Source: Candidatus Sulfotelmatobacter sp.
GTDB lineage: Bacteria > Patescibacteriota > Saccharimonadia > Saccharimonadales > UBA4665
DNA: 64,000 nucleotides
Assembly (NCBI GenBank): GCA_035508275.1
Contig: DATJNI010000007.1
Span: forward strand, 60,324 to 124,323
Direction of reading: 5' to 3'
Positions 44,682 to 54,186 of the stretch are shown here, in pieces. A program made the position numbers and the translations under genes. Position 1 is the stretch's first letter. Each line of letters starts with the position of its first letter. The notes under the pieces were generated by a model. It did not search any database. It saw only the letters and a list, made by a program, of their open reading frames with translations, and had not been told where the DNA came from.

Positions 44682-45326
44682 GTGAGCGACACAAAAACTA
44701 GAGGTGTTAATACGTTAGTTCGAAGCGAGGCTCGTAGAATTCCTACTGATGAGAATGGACTCGTAGTACCACCCTCATATCCTGAATTTGAATACGTAGA
44801 ATATATAAGGCCTGATCCTATTCCGGAGGGTGTGATGGAACATCATATGTACTGGCCTGAGCGTAATTATGCAGGGTCTTACTTAGCGCACCATTTCAGG
44901 AGACATTCATATAACACTGTTTGGCTGCAAAAAAAGGAAGAGCGCCGCTTACATAGAGTAGCGGAAGTTCCTGTACCTAGTGATGACGCTATGCATAGAT
45001 TTTTTCAAGAGGCTATCGTTCTAGATGGATTACGAAATACGTTTAATGCAATAGGTGATATTGATGATGCTTTAACTAGCGATATCGTACGTAAATCACA
45101 AGATACTAGAGACAGAAGGACAAGACGTTTATCCACGCTTGCAGATATTATTGAAGAAACGGCTAGACTAGAAGTTATACCAAGGGAGATAAGAAGAGCC
45201 CACATAGGGCCTGCTGTACGTCTACTTATTGGTGAGTGCGTATCTGGAGTTCCAAGAGAAATTGCCAATGAGTATGGGCTCGAGCCGTTCGTGCCTGAGA
45301 GAGATTTTTTGGCTACTGCTATATAA
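44682..45326 (+). CDS. hypothetical protein (214 aa) with His-rich motif
   Basis: GTG start. EHHMYWPERNY...HHFRRHSYN cluster of His residues. No family recognised. Confidence 0.5.
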   Translation: MSDTKTRGVNTLVRSEARRIPTDENGLVVPPSYPEFEYVEYIRPDPIPEGVMEHHMYWPERNYAGSYLAHHFRRHSYNTVWLQKKEERRLHRVAEVPVPSDDAMHRFFQEAIVLDGLRNTFNAIGDIDDALTSDIVRKSQDTRDRRTRRLSTLADIIEETARLEVIPREIRRAHIGPAVRLLIGECVSGVPREIANEYGLEPFVPERDFLATAI

Positions 45327-45334
45327 TCCTTATT

Positions 45335-45517
45335 ATGGAACCAAATAAATCTAACGAGTCTAATACTCCGAAAAAGTCTGGTGGTTATGGGAAACGACCT
45401 GTTTGGCAGTGGGTTTTACTATACGTAGTTGTGGCTATCGTGGTTTACGGGATTATTTATCTTATTTTCATACATAAGAGTGGTAGTTCAAGCGGCAGCT
45501 CTTCGTCTGGATACTAG
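45335..45517 (+). CDS. small single-TM protein with poly-Ser/Gly tail
   Basis: WQWVLLYVVVAIVVYGIIYLIFI helix; 60 aa. Confidence 0.45.
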   Translation: MEPNKSNESNTPKKSGGYGKRPVWQWVLLYVVVAIVVYGIIYLIFIHKSGSSSGSSSSGY

Positions 45518-45518
45518 G

Positions 45519-45947
45519 TTAGTATTTCCAGGTAAAGTAAGGTTTGCGGATAAATAGGAAAGCTCTTGGTTTTTTAGATTCTATTTTTATTAAGTGAACG
45601 TGGTAGTGCGGAACAGTTTTTATTTTATTATCCTTCTCGCGGGCATAAATGTTGTATCCTTGCTTTTCATACTTAGCTAGGACTTCTATCATTTCTATTT
45701 TTTCTTTATCGTTTAGTTCCGATAGACTCTCAACGTGTCGCATTGGAATAGCCATTAGATGATCTTTGACCCTGCTCATCTCCCAGAAGTCATAGCTGTA
45801 AATATTATCTAAGACTTTAATATACTTACCTTGGTACTTAGGCTTTGCCTTGTCATCACAGAATGGGCAGGGTTTGCTTTTTGAATAGAGGCTTTTCCTG
45901 GTTTTATCGGGGTTGTAGCGTTTCTTAGTCTTGCGTTTGCGGTACAT
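45519..45947 (-). CDS. HIT-family (histidine triad) nucleotide hydrolase/transferase
   Basis: CPFC near the N-terminus and histidine triad VPHYHVHLI. Basic N-terminal tail. Confidence 0.75.
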   Translation of the reverse strand: MYRKRKTKKRYNPDKTRKSLYSKSKPCPFCDDKAKPKYQGKYIKVLDNIYSYDFWEMSRVKDHLMAIPMRHVESLSELNDKEKIEMIEVLAKYEKQGYNIYAREKDNKIKTVPHYHVHLIKIESKKPRAFLFIRKPYFTWKY

Positions 45948-46707
45948 GGTATGGTTCGTCCCCTAGGATTCTAGCTACTAGCCCGCTACTATTCCAACGA
46001 ATGCCATTTTCGTCTTTCATATAAGTGGTGCCCGTATCTATAACTCTTACTTTTGCATCAGTCCTACTACTATCACAAATGGTGCGAGCTAAATCTATAG
46101 CCTTGCCGTGTTCTTCATAGATAACCCAGGTGCCGAGTGCATCACGCCGCACTAGCTCTTCGGCTAGTTTTCTGTGCGTGGCCACACTAGATATAGGCTC
46201 AGATGGATCGGCATCAATTGCGACGAGATCTACTACAGGACGGAAGCGGTTAGGCTCAGGGGTTGGAACCATAAAATTACATAGAGTCATGGCTCTAAGT
46301 CGCCAAGGGTATACTGGTCGATTCCCAGGTTTACTTGACTTTACATTCGCTACCCTCTGATCTGTATCTAATGTGACTACCAGGAAGACTTCGTCTGACT
46401 CCGGGGTGGGCGGAACGTCGCTTATGTCTACCCCTCTTTTTAGTTGATTGTCATACTCTCCAAGTACGCGGGCGTGCGTTAAGTACCATTGGTGATTAGG
46501 GTGCGGAACATCAAAAGAGCCGTCAACTATGACAACGTGTTTGCCGCCAACCACTTCTGTTTCAATTTCTTCTACAAGCTCAAGAAAGTCTTCTTCGTTT
46601 TCCGGGTACCTTAGTCTATCCCCCCAAATTCCGTCTGTCATACCATCAACAAGTTCTTGTTTAGGTATTGCTAGATCACTGGATAAGCCTTCGTAACCCA
46701 TCTTCAT
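45925..46707 (-). CDS. cytidylyltransferase-like nucleotidyltransferase with variant HxGH motif (HPNH)
   Basis: VVIVDGSFDVPHPNHQWYL at the GxFDxxHxGH position. LVVTLDTDQRV, VDLVAI and C-terminal IRWNSSGLVARI resembling the ISST motif. Confidence 0.6.
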   Translation of the reverse strand: MKMGYEGLSSDLAIPKQELVDGMTDGIWGDRLRYPENEEDFLELVEEIETEVVGGKHVVIVDGSFDVPHPNHQWYLTHARVLGEYDNQLKRGVDISDVPPTPESDEVFLVVTLDTDQRVANVKSSKPGNRPVYPWRLRAMTLCNFMVPTPEPNRFRPVVDLVAIDADPSEPISSVATHRKLAEELVRRDALGTWVIYEEHGKAIDLARTICDSSRTDAKVRVIDTGTTYMKDENGIRWNSSGLVARILGDEPYHVPQTQD

Positions 46708-46816
46708 ATATGTAAACCCTTAGATTAGTCTCTATTTAAATATATTTACTAGATAAATACAATTTACTCTTGTTGTAAAGTTAAGCGAATTAACGTATAA
46801 TCACCTCTGTTTTTAT

Positions 46817-46894
46817 GGCGGGCGTAGCTCAGTAGGTTAGAGCGTCTGATTGTGGTCCAGAAGGTCGTGGGTTCAAATCCCATCGCTCGCCCCA
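46817..46894 (+). tRNA. tRNA-His (anticodon GUG) with encoded G-1
   Basis: G-GCGGGCGTAGCTCAGTAGGTTAGAGCGTCTGATTGTGGTCCAGAAGGTCGTGGGTTCAAATCCCATCGCTCGCCCCA. Anticodon loop TTGTGGT. The extra 5-prime G sits opposite discriminator C73. Confidence 0.85.
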
Positions 46895-47061
46895 TTTTCT
46901 TTCATTTATTTGACAGTCTTTAAACTTAAGCATTAGACTAGAGATATGCCTTATGCTATGGACGTGGTAGTTGTAAAAGCAAAAAGAACTTTATCAAAAG
47001 GTTTACTATATCTGTTTAAATAGTCCGTCGGGTCATTTTTGTTATACTTTAACCTGACAAA

Positions 47062-48924
47062 ATGAAAAAGCTTATTAGATTTTTTGGGCAATACCGCCTG
47101 TTTTCGATTGCACTAGCTACTCTAATTATTGGTTTAATTCTTTACTTTAGTGGTTTCCATTCGGCAGCCCAGTGGCTTATTAGTATCGTTGCGATTGGTG
47201 AAGTTCTGCCTTCTCTCTGGCGGATGTATGAGGATTTTAGATCAGGCAAGTACGGCGTGGACATTCTAGCGGCAACAGCCATCATTGTTTCAATTATCTT
47301 AGGTCAGTATTGGGCTGGGATTGTCGTAGTGTTAATGCTTACTGGTGGTCAATCTCTTGAAGACTATGCTTCTAAAAGGGCTCAGCGGGAGCTTCATGCA
47401 CTGCTTAAGTCTGCGCCTCAATCAGCTAACGTTATTACTAAAAAGAAGATTGAAAGCGTACCAATTGACGATATTAAAGTCGGGGATAAGTTTCTCGTTA
47501 AAGCTGGCGAGGTAGTTGCTGTAGACGGCGTCATTATTGACGGGCAAGCTAACTTTAATGAAGCTTCAATTACTGGCGAGGGCTTACCGCAGAGTAAAGA
47601 TAAAGGTGATAGGGTTATATCTGGCTCAATTAGTATTGACGGTGTAGTCACGGTTAAAGCAACAGCCATTGCTGCCGATAGCCAGTACCAGCAGATTATT
47701 AAGCTTGTGAGAACTGCAGCTAATTCGCAGGCGCCATTTGTGCGCCTAGCTGATCACTACGCCCTGCCCTTTACAATTGCTGCTTACGCCATTGGTCTGA
47801 GCGTCTGGGTACTTAGTGGTGATGCTATTCGATTTTTGGAAGTTATTATTGTAGCAACACCTTGCCCGTTAATTCTTGGGGCTCCGACTGCCTTAATTAG
47901 TGGTATGTCTAGAGCTAGTCACTACGGCATCATTATTAAGACGGCGACATCTTTAGAGAAACTAGCTCAAGCCACTGTCATGGCTTTTGATAAAACCGGT
48001 ACGCTGACTAAGGGAGAATTATCTGTAAAAAGTATTGTCACGTTTAATAAGTTTTCGGAAAGCGAGGTTCTTAGGTTTGCACTGACCCTGGAACAAAATT
48101 CTAATCATGTGCTGGCTGAAGCTATAGTGGCTGAGGCTAAAAGCAGACAAATTAAAGGATTAAAAGCCAAACATTTGGAAGAAATATCTGGTCTTGGAGT
48201 TAAAGCCAACATTAAGGGTGATGAGGTAGTGGTAGGAAGTTATGTGCTTATGATGAAAGAAGGCATTAATATCCCGGATAGTTACAAGCACGGTTCTATT
48301 AAGGAAACCTCGGCATTCGTTAGCATCAATGGGCACCTAGCTGGAATTGTTACTTTTGAGGATGAGATTAGGCCTGAGGCCGCTGCTACACTTGCCTACC
48401 TACATGCTAATGGCATTAAGGAAATAGCTATGATAACTGGAGACAATAAAGTAACAGCCGAGTTTATTGCTGAGAAGCTTGGTATAGATAAGGTTTTTGC
48501 TGATGCTTTGCCGGCAGATAAGCTGCACTTTCTAAGTACTTTGAAGCCTAAACCTATTGTCTTTGTTGGTGATGGAGTTAATGATGCCCCGGTCTTAACA
48601 GCAGCTGATGTTGGTATTGCTATGGGGGCTAAGGGTTCAACTGCGGCTAGTGAGTCAGCCGATATGGTAGTTATGCCAAACGATATTAGCCGGGTGGCTA
48701 CTGGAGTTGGTATAGCTAAGAGGACTTTTCAGATTGCCAGACAAAGCGTACTAATTGGTATCGGCTTAAGTTTGATCCTGATGTTCATATTCGCTACTGG
48801 TAAGTTTACCCCACTCATGGGCGCTATTATTCAGGAAGTTGTTGATGTCTTTGTAATCTTTAATGCACTAAGAGCGCATATGATTGAACCTTTAGTGATT
48901 AATAAGAACGAAGGCCACGAATAG
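47062..48924 (+). CDS. P1B-type heavy-metal P-type ATPase, TPCP transmembrane motif, no N-terminal metal-binding domain
   Basis: FDKTGTLT phosphorylation site, GDGVNDAP hinge, TGE-type actuator (ITGEGLP), and VATPCPLILGAP in the metal-binding helix; 620 aa. Confidence 0.85.
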   Translation: MKKLIRFFGQYRLFSIALATLIIGLILYFSGFHSAAQWLISIVAIGEVLPSLWRMYEDFRSGKYGVDILAATAIIVSIILGQYWAGIVVVLMLTGGQSLEDYASKRAQRELHALLKSAPQSANVITKKKIESVPIDDIKVGDKFLVKAGEVVAVDGVIIDGQANFNEASITGEGLPQSKDKGDRVISGSISIDGVVTVKATAIAADSQYQQIIKLVRTAANSQAPFVRLADHYALPFTIAAYAIGLSVWVLSGDAIRFLEVIIVATPCPLILGAPTALISGMSRASHYGIIIKTATSLEKLAQATVMAFDKTGTLTKGELSVKSIVTFNKFSESEVLRFALTLEQNSNHVLAEAIVAEAKSRQIKGLKAKHLEEISGLGVKANIKGDEVVVGSYVLMMKEGINIPDSYKHGSIKETSAFVSINGHLAGIVTFEDEIRPEAAATLAYLHANGIKEIAMITGDNKVTAEFIAEKLGIDKVFADALPADKLHFLSTLKPKPIVFVGDGVNDAPVLTAADVGIAMGAKGSTAASESADMVVMPNDISRVATGVGIAKRTFQIARQSVLIGIGLSLILMFIFATGKFTPLMGAIIQEVVDVFVIFNALRAHMIEPLVINKNEGHE

Positions 48925-49521
48925 CGGGACGAGGACATTGTCTAGACCATATACCGCTATATTCTCTAGTAGTGCAGACATGACACTGACTATTAATATG
49001 AAAGATAGCGATAGGGTAACTGTTGCAAAATGGGCGTAGCCAAAAAGTATAAGGACTGAGGCAACAAAGAAAGCTAGAGTGCCAATAAGACTTTTAGTGT
49101 GTTTGAAAATTATGTATGAGTACTTTCTGCCAAACCTAACTCCAACTAGAGCGGCTAGACCGTCAGCAATACTCATTTGAAATATAGCGGCAGTGAAGAT
49201 CCATTTGTCGTTAGTAAGCAGCGCGATTAGCAGTATAGATAAAGCGAAAGTAGCTTCTCCCCAGGTAGCTCTTTGCACGCTATGGATGGCTTGGAAGACA
49301 CCTAGATACTTAGAGATAATTACTACTACAAACATAGAAAGAGCAATAAGTTCTATTTGCCCCCAGCTTAAGTAAAAGGGCCAGAAAGCAGCGAAGGCCC
49401 CGACACTCATATGGACAAACTTACGGCTGAACTCTCCGTGAGTGGTGCGCTTGCGCCATAGCACTTCGTTTACAACTAAGATCAGCAGTATTGCTAGTAG
49501 TGTTAGTATTAGGTTTAACAT
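48892..49521 (-). CDS. polyprenol/dolichol/phytol kinase-like membrane protein (CTP-dependent kinase / CDS family)
   Basis: SRKFVHMSVG, ADGLAALVGVRFGR and KSLIGTLAFF blocks. 6-7 TM helices. Confidence 0.6.
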   Translation of the reverse strand: MLNLILTLLAILLILVVNEVLWRKRTTHGEFSRKFVHMSVGAFAAFWPFYLSWGQIELIALSMFVVVIISKYLGVFQAIHSVQRATWGEATFALSILLIALLTNDKWIFTAAIFQMSIADGLAALVGVRFGRKYSYIIFKHTKSLIGTLAFFVASVLILFGYAHFATVTLSLSFILIVSVMSALLENIAVYGLDNVLVPLFVAFVLINH

Positions 49522-49545
49522 TAGCTTATATGTATTTAGTATAAC

Positions 49546-49621
49546 TGGTCGGGGTGAGAGGACTCGAACCTCCGACCTCAGCGTCCCGAACGCTGCGCGC
49601 TAGCCACTGCGCCACACCCCG
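49546..49621 (-). tRNA. tRNA-Pro (anticodon CGG)
   Basis: Reverse complement CGGGGTGTGGCGCAGTGGCTAGCGCGCAGCGTTCGGGACGCTGAGGTCGGAGGTTCGAGTCCTCTCACCCCGACCA. Anticodon loop TTCGGGA. Confidence 0.9.
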
Positions 49622-49653
49622 AAATGGGTGCTTACATTTTAACAAAATACCTT

Positions 49654-51420
49654 TTACTTGGTGCACGCTCTTGGATCCCAGGGCGACAGACCTTGTGTGG
49701 CTGAGCTAACCGTACCTATGCCGACCGTCTGTTGGCCCGAGCTAGAGGAAGATGAAGAGGATGAGGACGTGCTGGACGGCGATGTGGCAGAGCCCTGAGT
49801 AGATGAGGATGAAGGACTGGTAGGTGTATTGACGCTCATGTCCGTACCAGTCAATACCGTTATTTGAGAGCCTCGGGTGACCCGAGAAGGATCTTGAGCT
49901 AATATTACGTAACCATTTAGATCTTTGGCAACAGCTAGAGCGTCTGCTTCTGTACTCCTGCCTGAGTAATAAACAACCGTCTCCTGTGCTTCCTGACTTA
50001 CTGGAGTAGCGGTGCCAGGTGTGCCGACCATATTAAAGCCTAGCGATTGCAAGGACGACGTAGCTTGTCCAGCTTGGTCTGGTGTGCCGCTACCATTAAC
50101 TACATTGACGCTAACGCTACTAGGCTTGGGTAATGGCTTGCCTGTTAGCGTATCTATGGAACTGTTTGTGCCAAGGAACTTATCTATTATTTGTTGGTCC
50201 TCAGCCTCAATTGGAAAGACTACGTCGCCGTAAGAATTGTCTTGGTAGACATAGTTGCCAAAGTTTGTAGTTACGATAGGTAGAGTGTATTGTGGCACGC
50301 TGTTTATGCCGACAGCGTGAAATTCTTGGAGCAGTGAGATCATCTCTCCAGTAGACAAGCCAGAGTCAACCTGAACCTGGGGAGCTATAGCATCGACAAG
50401 CTTTTGGTCGGTTATAGGGTTATCTATGCCTTGAGCGGCTACGGTGCTAGCCAGCACCCTTAAAAACTCGTGAGTTCTAGCAATACGGGCAATGTCGCTC
50501 TCGTTTTCCTGTGGCCAATAGTTAGGGTCATTGGTTGTGACGCCTGGTGCCTTGTACTGCAGATGTCTAGCCCTAACGACTTGTAAGGCTTCCACGCCGT
50601 TTAGGGTTTTACAGCCTGGGGTTTGGACGTTTAGGTAAGATTCTGAATCATATACTGGCATTGGGAAATCCATTTTTATGCCGCCAATAGCGTTAACGAT
50701 GTTTACAAAACCGTCAAAGCCTACTTCTGCGTAGTGTTGGATTGGAATGCCAAAGTCTTCTTGGACAGCATTAACTAATTGATCTGGTCCCTGATAGAGG
50801 GCCGCATCAATTTTAAAGGCTTCGTCACCTGATCTGGCGTTGGGGATAAAGGTGTCTCGTGGTATGGAAAGCAGAGAGATAGTATGAGTTTTTGGAACTA
50901 AATGAACGATGAAAATAACGTCGCTGTTTACGCCAGTTACACCCTGGGAACAAAAGCCCCACTGAGCGTTTTGAACTTTCAGGTTGCAACGATTGGTTGA
51001 GCCAGCGACTAGTATGTTCTCTGCTCCACCGACTGATGCTGATAGGTTCTTAACGTCAAGATGATGAAGTTTATGGTAAAGCTGCCAACCGTCCCAAGCG
51101 CCTGCTGCAACTAAAAGAACTAATATGACTGCAAAAACCTTCAGGAATATTTTCTTTTTCGAACGCTTCTTCTTGGGTTTACTTCGGGTTGGCGGAATAC
51201 TCTTATTAAGCAGTGAGTCTGCGTCGGTGTTATTTTTAGCTAGGTGAGAGCGACGGGGCATATCGCCGTTTACTTTAGTCGGGTCTACTGAAGTTTGGCT
51301 GAGACGGTCATCTTTATATTCGACTTTGTGAGTAGGTCTACGCCTAGGCTGGGGACTCGCCCTAAAGCCATCGATACTTAGAGGCTGGTTTGGGCGTTTT
51401 GGTTGAGGGTTTTCGGGCAT
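49654..51420 (-). CDS. LytR-CpsA-Psr (LCP) family cell-wall glycopolymer transferase with LytR_C domain and poly-Ser tail
   Basis: Basic N-terminus plus a TM helix. SDVIFIVHL...LLSIPRDT LCP core. VNVVNGSGTPDQAGQATSSLQSLGF LytR_C-like block. C-terminal SSTSSSSSSSSSSG. Confidence 0.85.
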   Translation of the reverse strand: MPENPQPKRPNQPLSIDGFRASPQPRRRPTHKVEYKDDRLSQTSVDPTKVNGDMPRRSHLAKNNTDADSLLNKSIPPTRSKPKKKRSKKKIFLKVFAVILVLLVAAGAWDGWQLYHKLHHLDVKNLSASVGGAENILVAGSTNRCNLKVQNAQWGFCSQGVTGVNSDVIFIVHLVPKTHTISLLSIPRDTFIPNARSGDEAFKIDAALYQGPDQLVNAVQEDFGIPIQHYAEVGFDGFVNIVNAIGGIKMDFPMPVYDSESYLNVQTPGCKTLNGVEALQVVRARHLQYKAPGVTTNDPNYWPQENESDIARIARTHEFLRVLASTVAAQGIDNPITDQKLVDAIAPQVQVDSGLSTGEMISLLQEFHAVGINSVPQYTLPIVTTNFGNYVYQDNSYGDVVFPIEAEDQQIIDKFLGTNSSIDTLTGKPLPKPSSVSVNVVNGSGTPDQAGQATSSLQSLGFNMVGTPGTATPVSQEAQETVVYYSGRSTEADALAVAKDLNGYVILAQDPSRVTRGSQITVLTGTDMSVNTPTSPSSSSTQGSATSPSSTSSSSSSSSSSGQQTVGIGTVSSATQGLSPWDPRACTK

Positions 51421-51575
51421 AAATATTGATACATTTTATACTAATTATGTTTGAAAGCATATAAGTTTGTATCTCTGTTTTTGGAATAATTACACTGGGG
51501 TCTTGAATGACTCGTTAACACTAGCTAATTATTGTAATTTGGGTCTACAAACTGTAAGCTCAGTCTAGAGGTTTT

Positions 51576-52133
51576 ATGAAAAAACGAAATCCAATAGCAG
51601 TATTTTTCTTAAGCATAATTACACTAGGTATTTATGATATCTACTGGCTAGTGAAAACAAAGACAGTGCTCAATAAGGAAACTAAGGTGCATGTGCCGAC
51701 AATATGGCTTTTGTTTATACCTGGAATTTTACTTGGCGTTGGCTATGGACTATTGATTGGCGGGGGTGTTTCAAATCATAACACTGGCTACGGTAGCAGT
51801 ACTAGCACTATAGCTCATCCAGGTGTTTTCTTTAGTGGAGTTGGCTTAATAGTAGTTGGTTTTATTGCAGCTTTTACTATTGGGATTTATTGGCTATTTA
51901 GGTTTTCGCAGGCAGTTGATGAATATACAAATGGGAAAATGAATACTGCTGTTTCGTTTCTAATTTTGTGGTTAGTACATTTTATTGGTGTAGCACTAAT
52001 TCAAGATGCGTTTAATAACATGCCTGGAGTGCAGACCGGTCAACCAGTAGCTGCCGCGCCGCTTAATTCGACCAGCCCGCCAGCTGAGCAATATTCACCT
52101 CCCCCAAACGACAAACCCAACCAACAAGTCTAA
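51576..52133 (+). CDS. DUF4234-like membrane protein
   Basis: NPIAVFFLSIITLGIYDIYWLVKT motif. Several TM helices. Pro-rich tail. Confidence 0.6.
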   Translation: MKKRNPIAVFFLSIITLGIYDIYWLVKTKTVLNKETKVHVPTIWLLFIPGILLGVGYGLLIGGGVSNHNTGYGSSTSTIAHPGVFFSGVGLIVVGFIAAFTIGIYWLFRFSQAVDEYTNGKMNTAVSFLILWLVHFIGVALIQDAFNNMPGVQTGQPVAAAPLNSTSPPAEQYSPPPNDKPNQQV

Positions 52134-52156
52134 TCTTTAATCAGCTTCATATGAGC

Positions 52157-52717
52157 TCATTCAGGTTGGGGTATTTGAAATCTCTCTCGTAAAGAATCCA
52201 GTCTCTTGCCAAATGCATCAACCAAATCAAACTCAAAGGTTTGTGCTTGCTCCATAGCGCTTGCTACGAGTAGAACGCCACTTTCGAGCATAGCGTGAGG
52301 TAAATCGCCAGCATAACCATCCTCTTCATCTTCGTGGTCTAGTTCGTGCAGTTCCTCTGCTAGCGTTGCAGCAGCTTCAGCAAACTCGGCAAAGTATAGA
52401 GGGGTTGCCTTAAAATTTCCTCTTTCAGATAAATCAATAAAGCCTGATAAACTGCGGTCACCGGGATATACTCTATCGGAAGAATCTGAGTTCCACCTTG
52501 CAAACCTTAGTGCATACTGCAAACAATCGGGGGCTATTACGAACTCAACCGTATTCCTGTCACCAAAATCTTTGCCAACGAGATCCTTAACTAAATGAGT
52601 CATGACATGCTGAGCATTTGCCCTCAATCCCTTATCTTCTAGATCCCAGCCGCCTTGTTCTACGTCATAAGTATAAAGAGGGCCACTTAGGTCTCTGAGT
52701 TCTGCTTTAGATAACAT
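52157..52717 (-). CDS. hypothetical acidic protein (186 aa)
   Basis: Intact ORF with core-like G+C. Helical, with a weak MazG-like flavour only. Confidence 0.45.
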   Translation of the reverse strand: MLSKAELRDLSGPLYTYDVEQGGWDLEDKGLRANAQHVMTHLVKDLVGKDFGDRNTVEFVIAPDCLQYALRFARWNSDSSDRVYPGDRSLSGFIDLSERGNFKATPLYFAEFAEAAATLAEELHELDHEDEEDGYAGDLPHAMLESGVLLVASAMEQAQTFEFDLVDAFGKRLDSLRERFQIPQPE

Positions 52718-53091
52718 AATAAAAGCTTAGAATTTCTATTACATAAGTGCAAGGTTAAGCAATATGTTTGATTAATCTTACTGGTCGCGCTGTGGCGAAT
52801 AACGCCGAACCTGACTTTATAAGTTTACTACACTATCTAAAACAGAGTTGGGATGCTGATATTTTTGTAAATGAAACTGAGCCATTATTGGAAAGTATTG
52901 ATATTCAAGACGTGCAAAAGGCTGAATATACTAAAGCGTATCATTATTAGTTCTGACTCCTAAAAACTAGCTTTCACGGCGCTTAATAAGCATTGTTAGC
53001 ATATATAGCCACTATATCTTTGAACTACTAATCAAAGTCATTAGTGATAATACATGCCAGAAATTATTATAATAATAGTAGTGGAGTATGT

Positions 53092-53304
53092 ATGAATAGC
53101 GATAGTCAACAGATTGTATTAACAAAAGCACAGAGCAGTTTTGTTAAGGGTGTTATGTCAGAGTTTAGGAAAAATGGTGGTGCGGAGTTATTGGCTGAAC
53201 TTGTAGCATTGCTGCAAACAATTGATGAAAATGCACCTGATGCCGAACTTAATGAGACAACGATGTCTGATAATAATGGTGGCAGAATTGAACTTAATCA
53301 GTAG
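53092..53304 (+). CDS. hypothetical acidic protein (70 aa), island
   Basis: GGAG 5 nt upstream of ATG 53092. The track ORF starts further upstream. Confidence 0.4.
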   Translation: MNSDSQQIVLTKAQSSFVKGVMSEFRKNGGAELLAELVALLQTIDENAPDAELNETTMSDNNGGRIELNQ

Positions 53305-53318
53305 GTGGTGTTTGATTC

Positions 53319-53771
53319 ATGAATAGTGATACTGCAACGGTAGTGCAAGCTAGCTCAAAGCCTCAATTAGCCTCAAATCACCGCATAAAGTTATGGGCTT
53401 TTTTAGCTAAATATGAAGGCAATACTCACAAAGAGATCGCTCAAATGATTGGTTGCCCTGAATCTACAATAGCAACCTACTTTAGTAGGGAATGGCGGAT
53501 GGATTATCAAGACTTTGCTGATGAAGAAGATGCTATCCGACTAGAGATGGTACGCAATATCTTAAAGCACAAAATGATTAGAGCAGCCAAGGAACTGACT
53601 AATTTAGTATTAAGCCATGATCCAAGGATCAGATTAGCTGCTTGCAAGGAAGTGCTAGACAGAACAGTAGGCAAAGATTTTATAGTAAATGAACTTAATG
53701 ATTCTGAAACCTTAACTTTGGAAAGACTTAGGATAGAGAAAAAGAGAGCCTCGCACTATGAAAAAGTTTGA
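53319..53771 (+). CDS. putative HTH DNA-binding protein, island
   Basis: NTHKEIAQMIGCPESTIATYF resembles a helix-turn-helix; 150 aa. Begins MNSD like the preceding ORF. Confidence 0.45.
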   Translation: MNSDTATVVQASSKPQLASNHRIKLWAFLAKYEGNTHKEIAQMIGCPESTIATYFSREWRMDYQDFADEEDAIRLEMVRNILKHKMIRAAKELTNLVLSHDPRIRLAACKEVLDRTVGKDFIVNELNDSETLTLERLRIEKKRASHYEKV

Positions 53772-53775
53772 CATT

Positions 53776-54186
53776 TTATTTTTTCTGAATTACTAGTTCG
53801 GTAAAACCAGTATCTTTATCATGCTCTCTTTTATAGGTAACCGAATCATCCTCAGCTATTACTACCTCGGCAGTTAGATCAACTAATGAGCCATCCTTAA
53901 GGTGTCCGCCCACTACCTGACCTTCCTTGCTTGATAAAGCTATATGTAGATGGCAATCAGTACCTGTCAGAGTACCAACTAGGGACACAATCTCATGTTT
54001 ATCTTCATAAGTCCTTATGTCCTGTTTGTCTGGTGTTGCGCCAGCCATTCTTAGTACAAAAGGCTTTAATGCTCCAACACAGGTAAGTATTGAGCCAGCT
54101 TTAATATTATTGTCCTTAGCAAACTTTAATAGCTCAACTCGCAAATCTTGGTCTTGCTTTAGCCTAAGCGTGAACAGCTTCATCAT
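53776..54186 (-). CDS. PPC (DUF296) domain protein
   Basis: LRLKQDQDL..ELLKFAKDNNIKAGSILTCVGAL...EIVSLVGTL....HLHIALSSKEGQVVGGHL...TAEVVI fits the PPC/DUF296 pattern closely. Confidence 0.75.
   Translation of the reverse strand: MMKLFTLRLKQDQDLRVELLKFAKDNNIKAGSILTCVGALKPFVLRMAGATPDKQDIRTYEDKHEIVSLVGTLTGTDCHLHIALSSKEGQVVGGHLKDGSLVDLTAEVVIAEDDSVTYKREHDKDTGFTELVIQKK

Noticed and set aside
52768-52950. 60-aa ORF (TTG start) at the left edge of the island
   Set aside because: It has no ATG or SD, and it spans the GC-rich junction patch and the compositional break. It is more likely non-coding junction sequence or a gene remnant.
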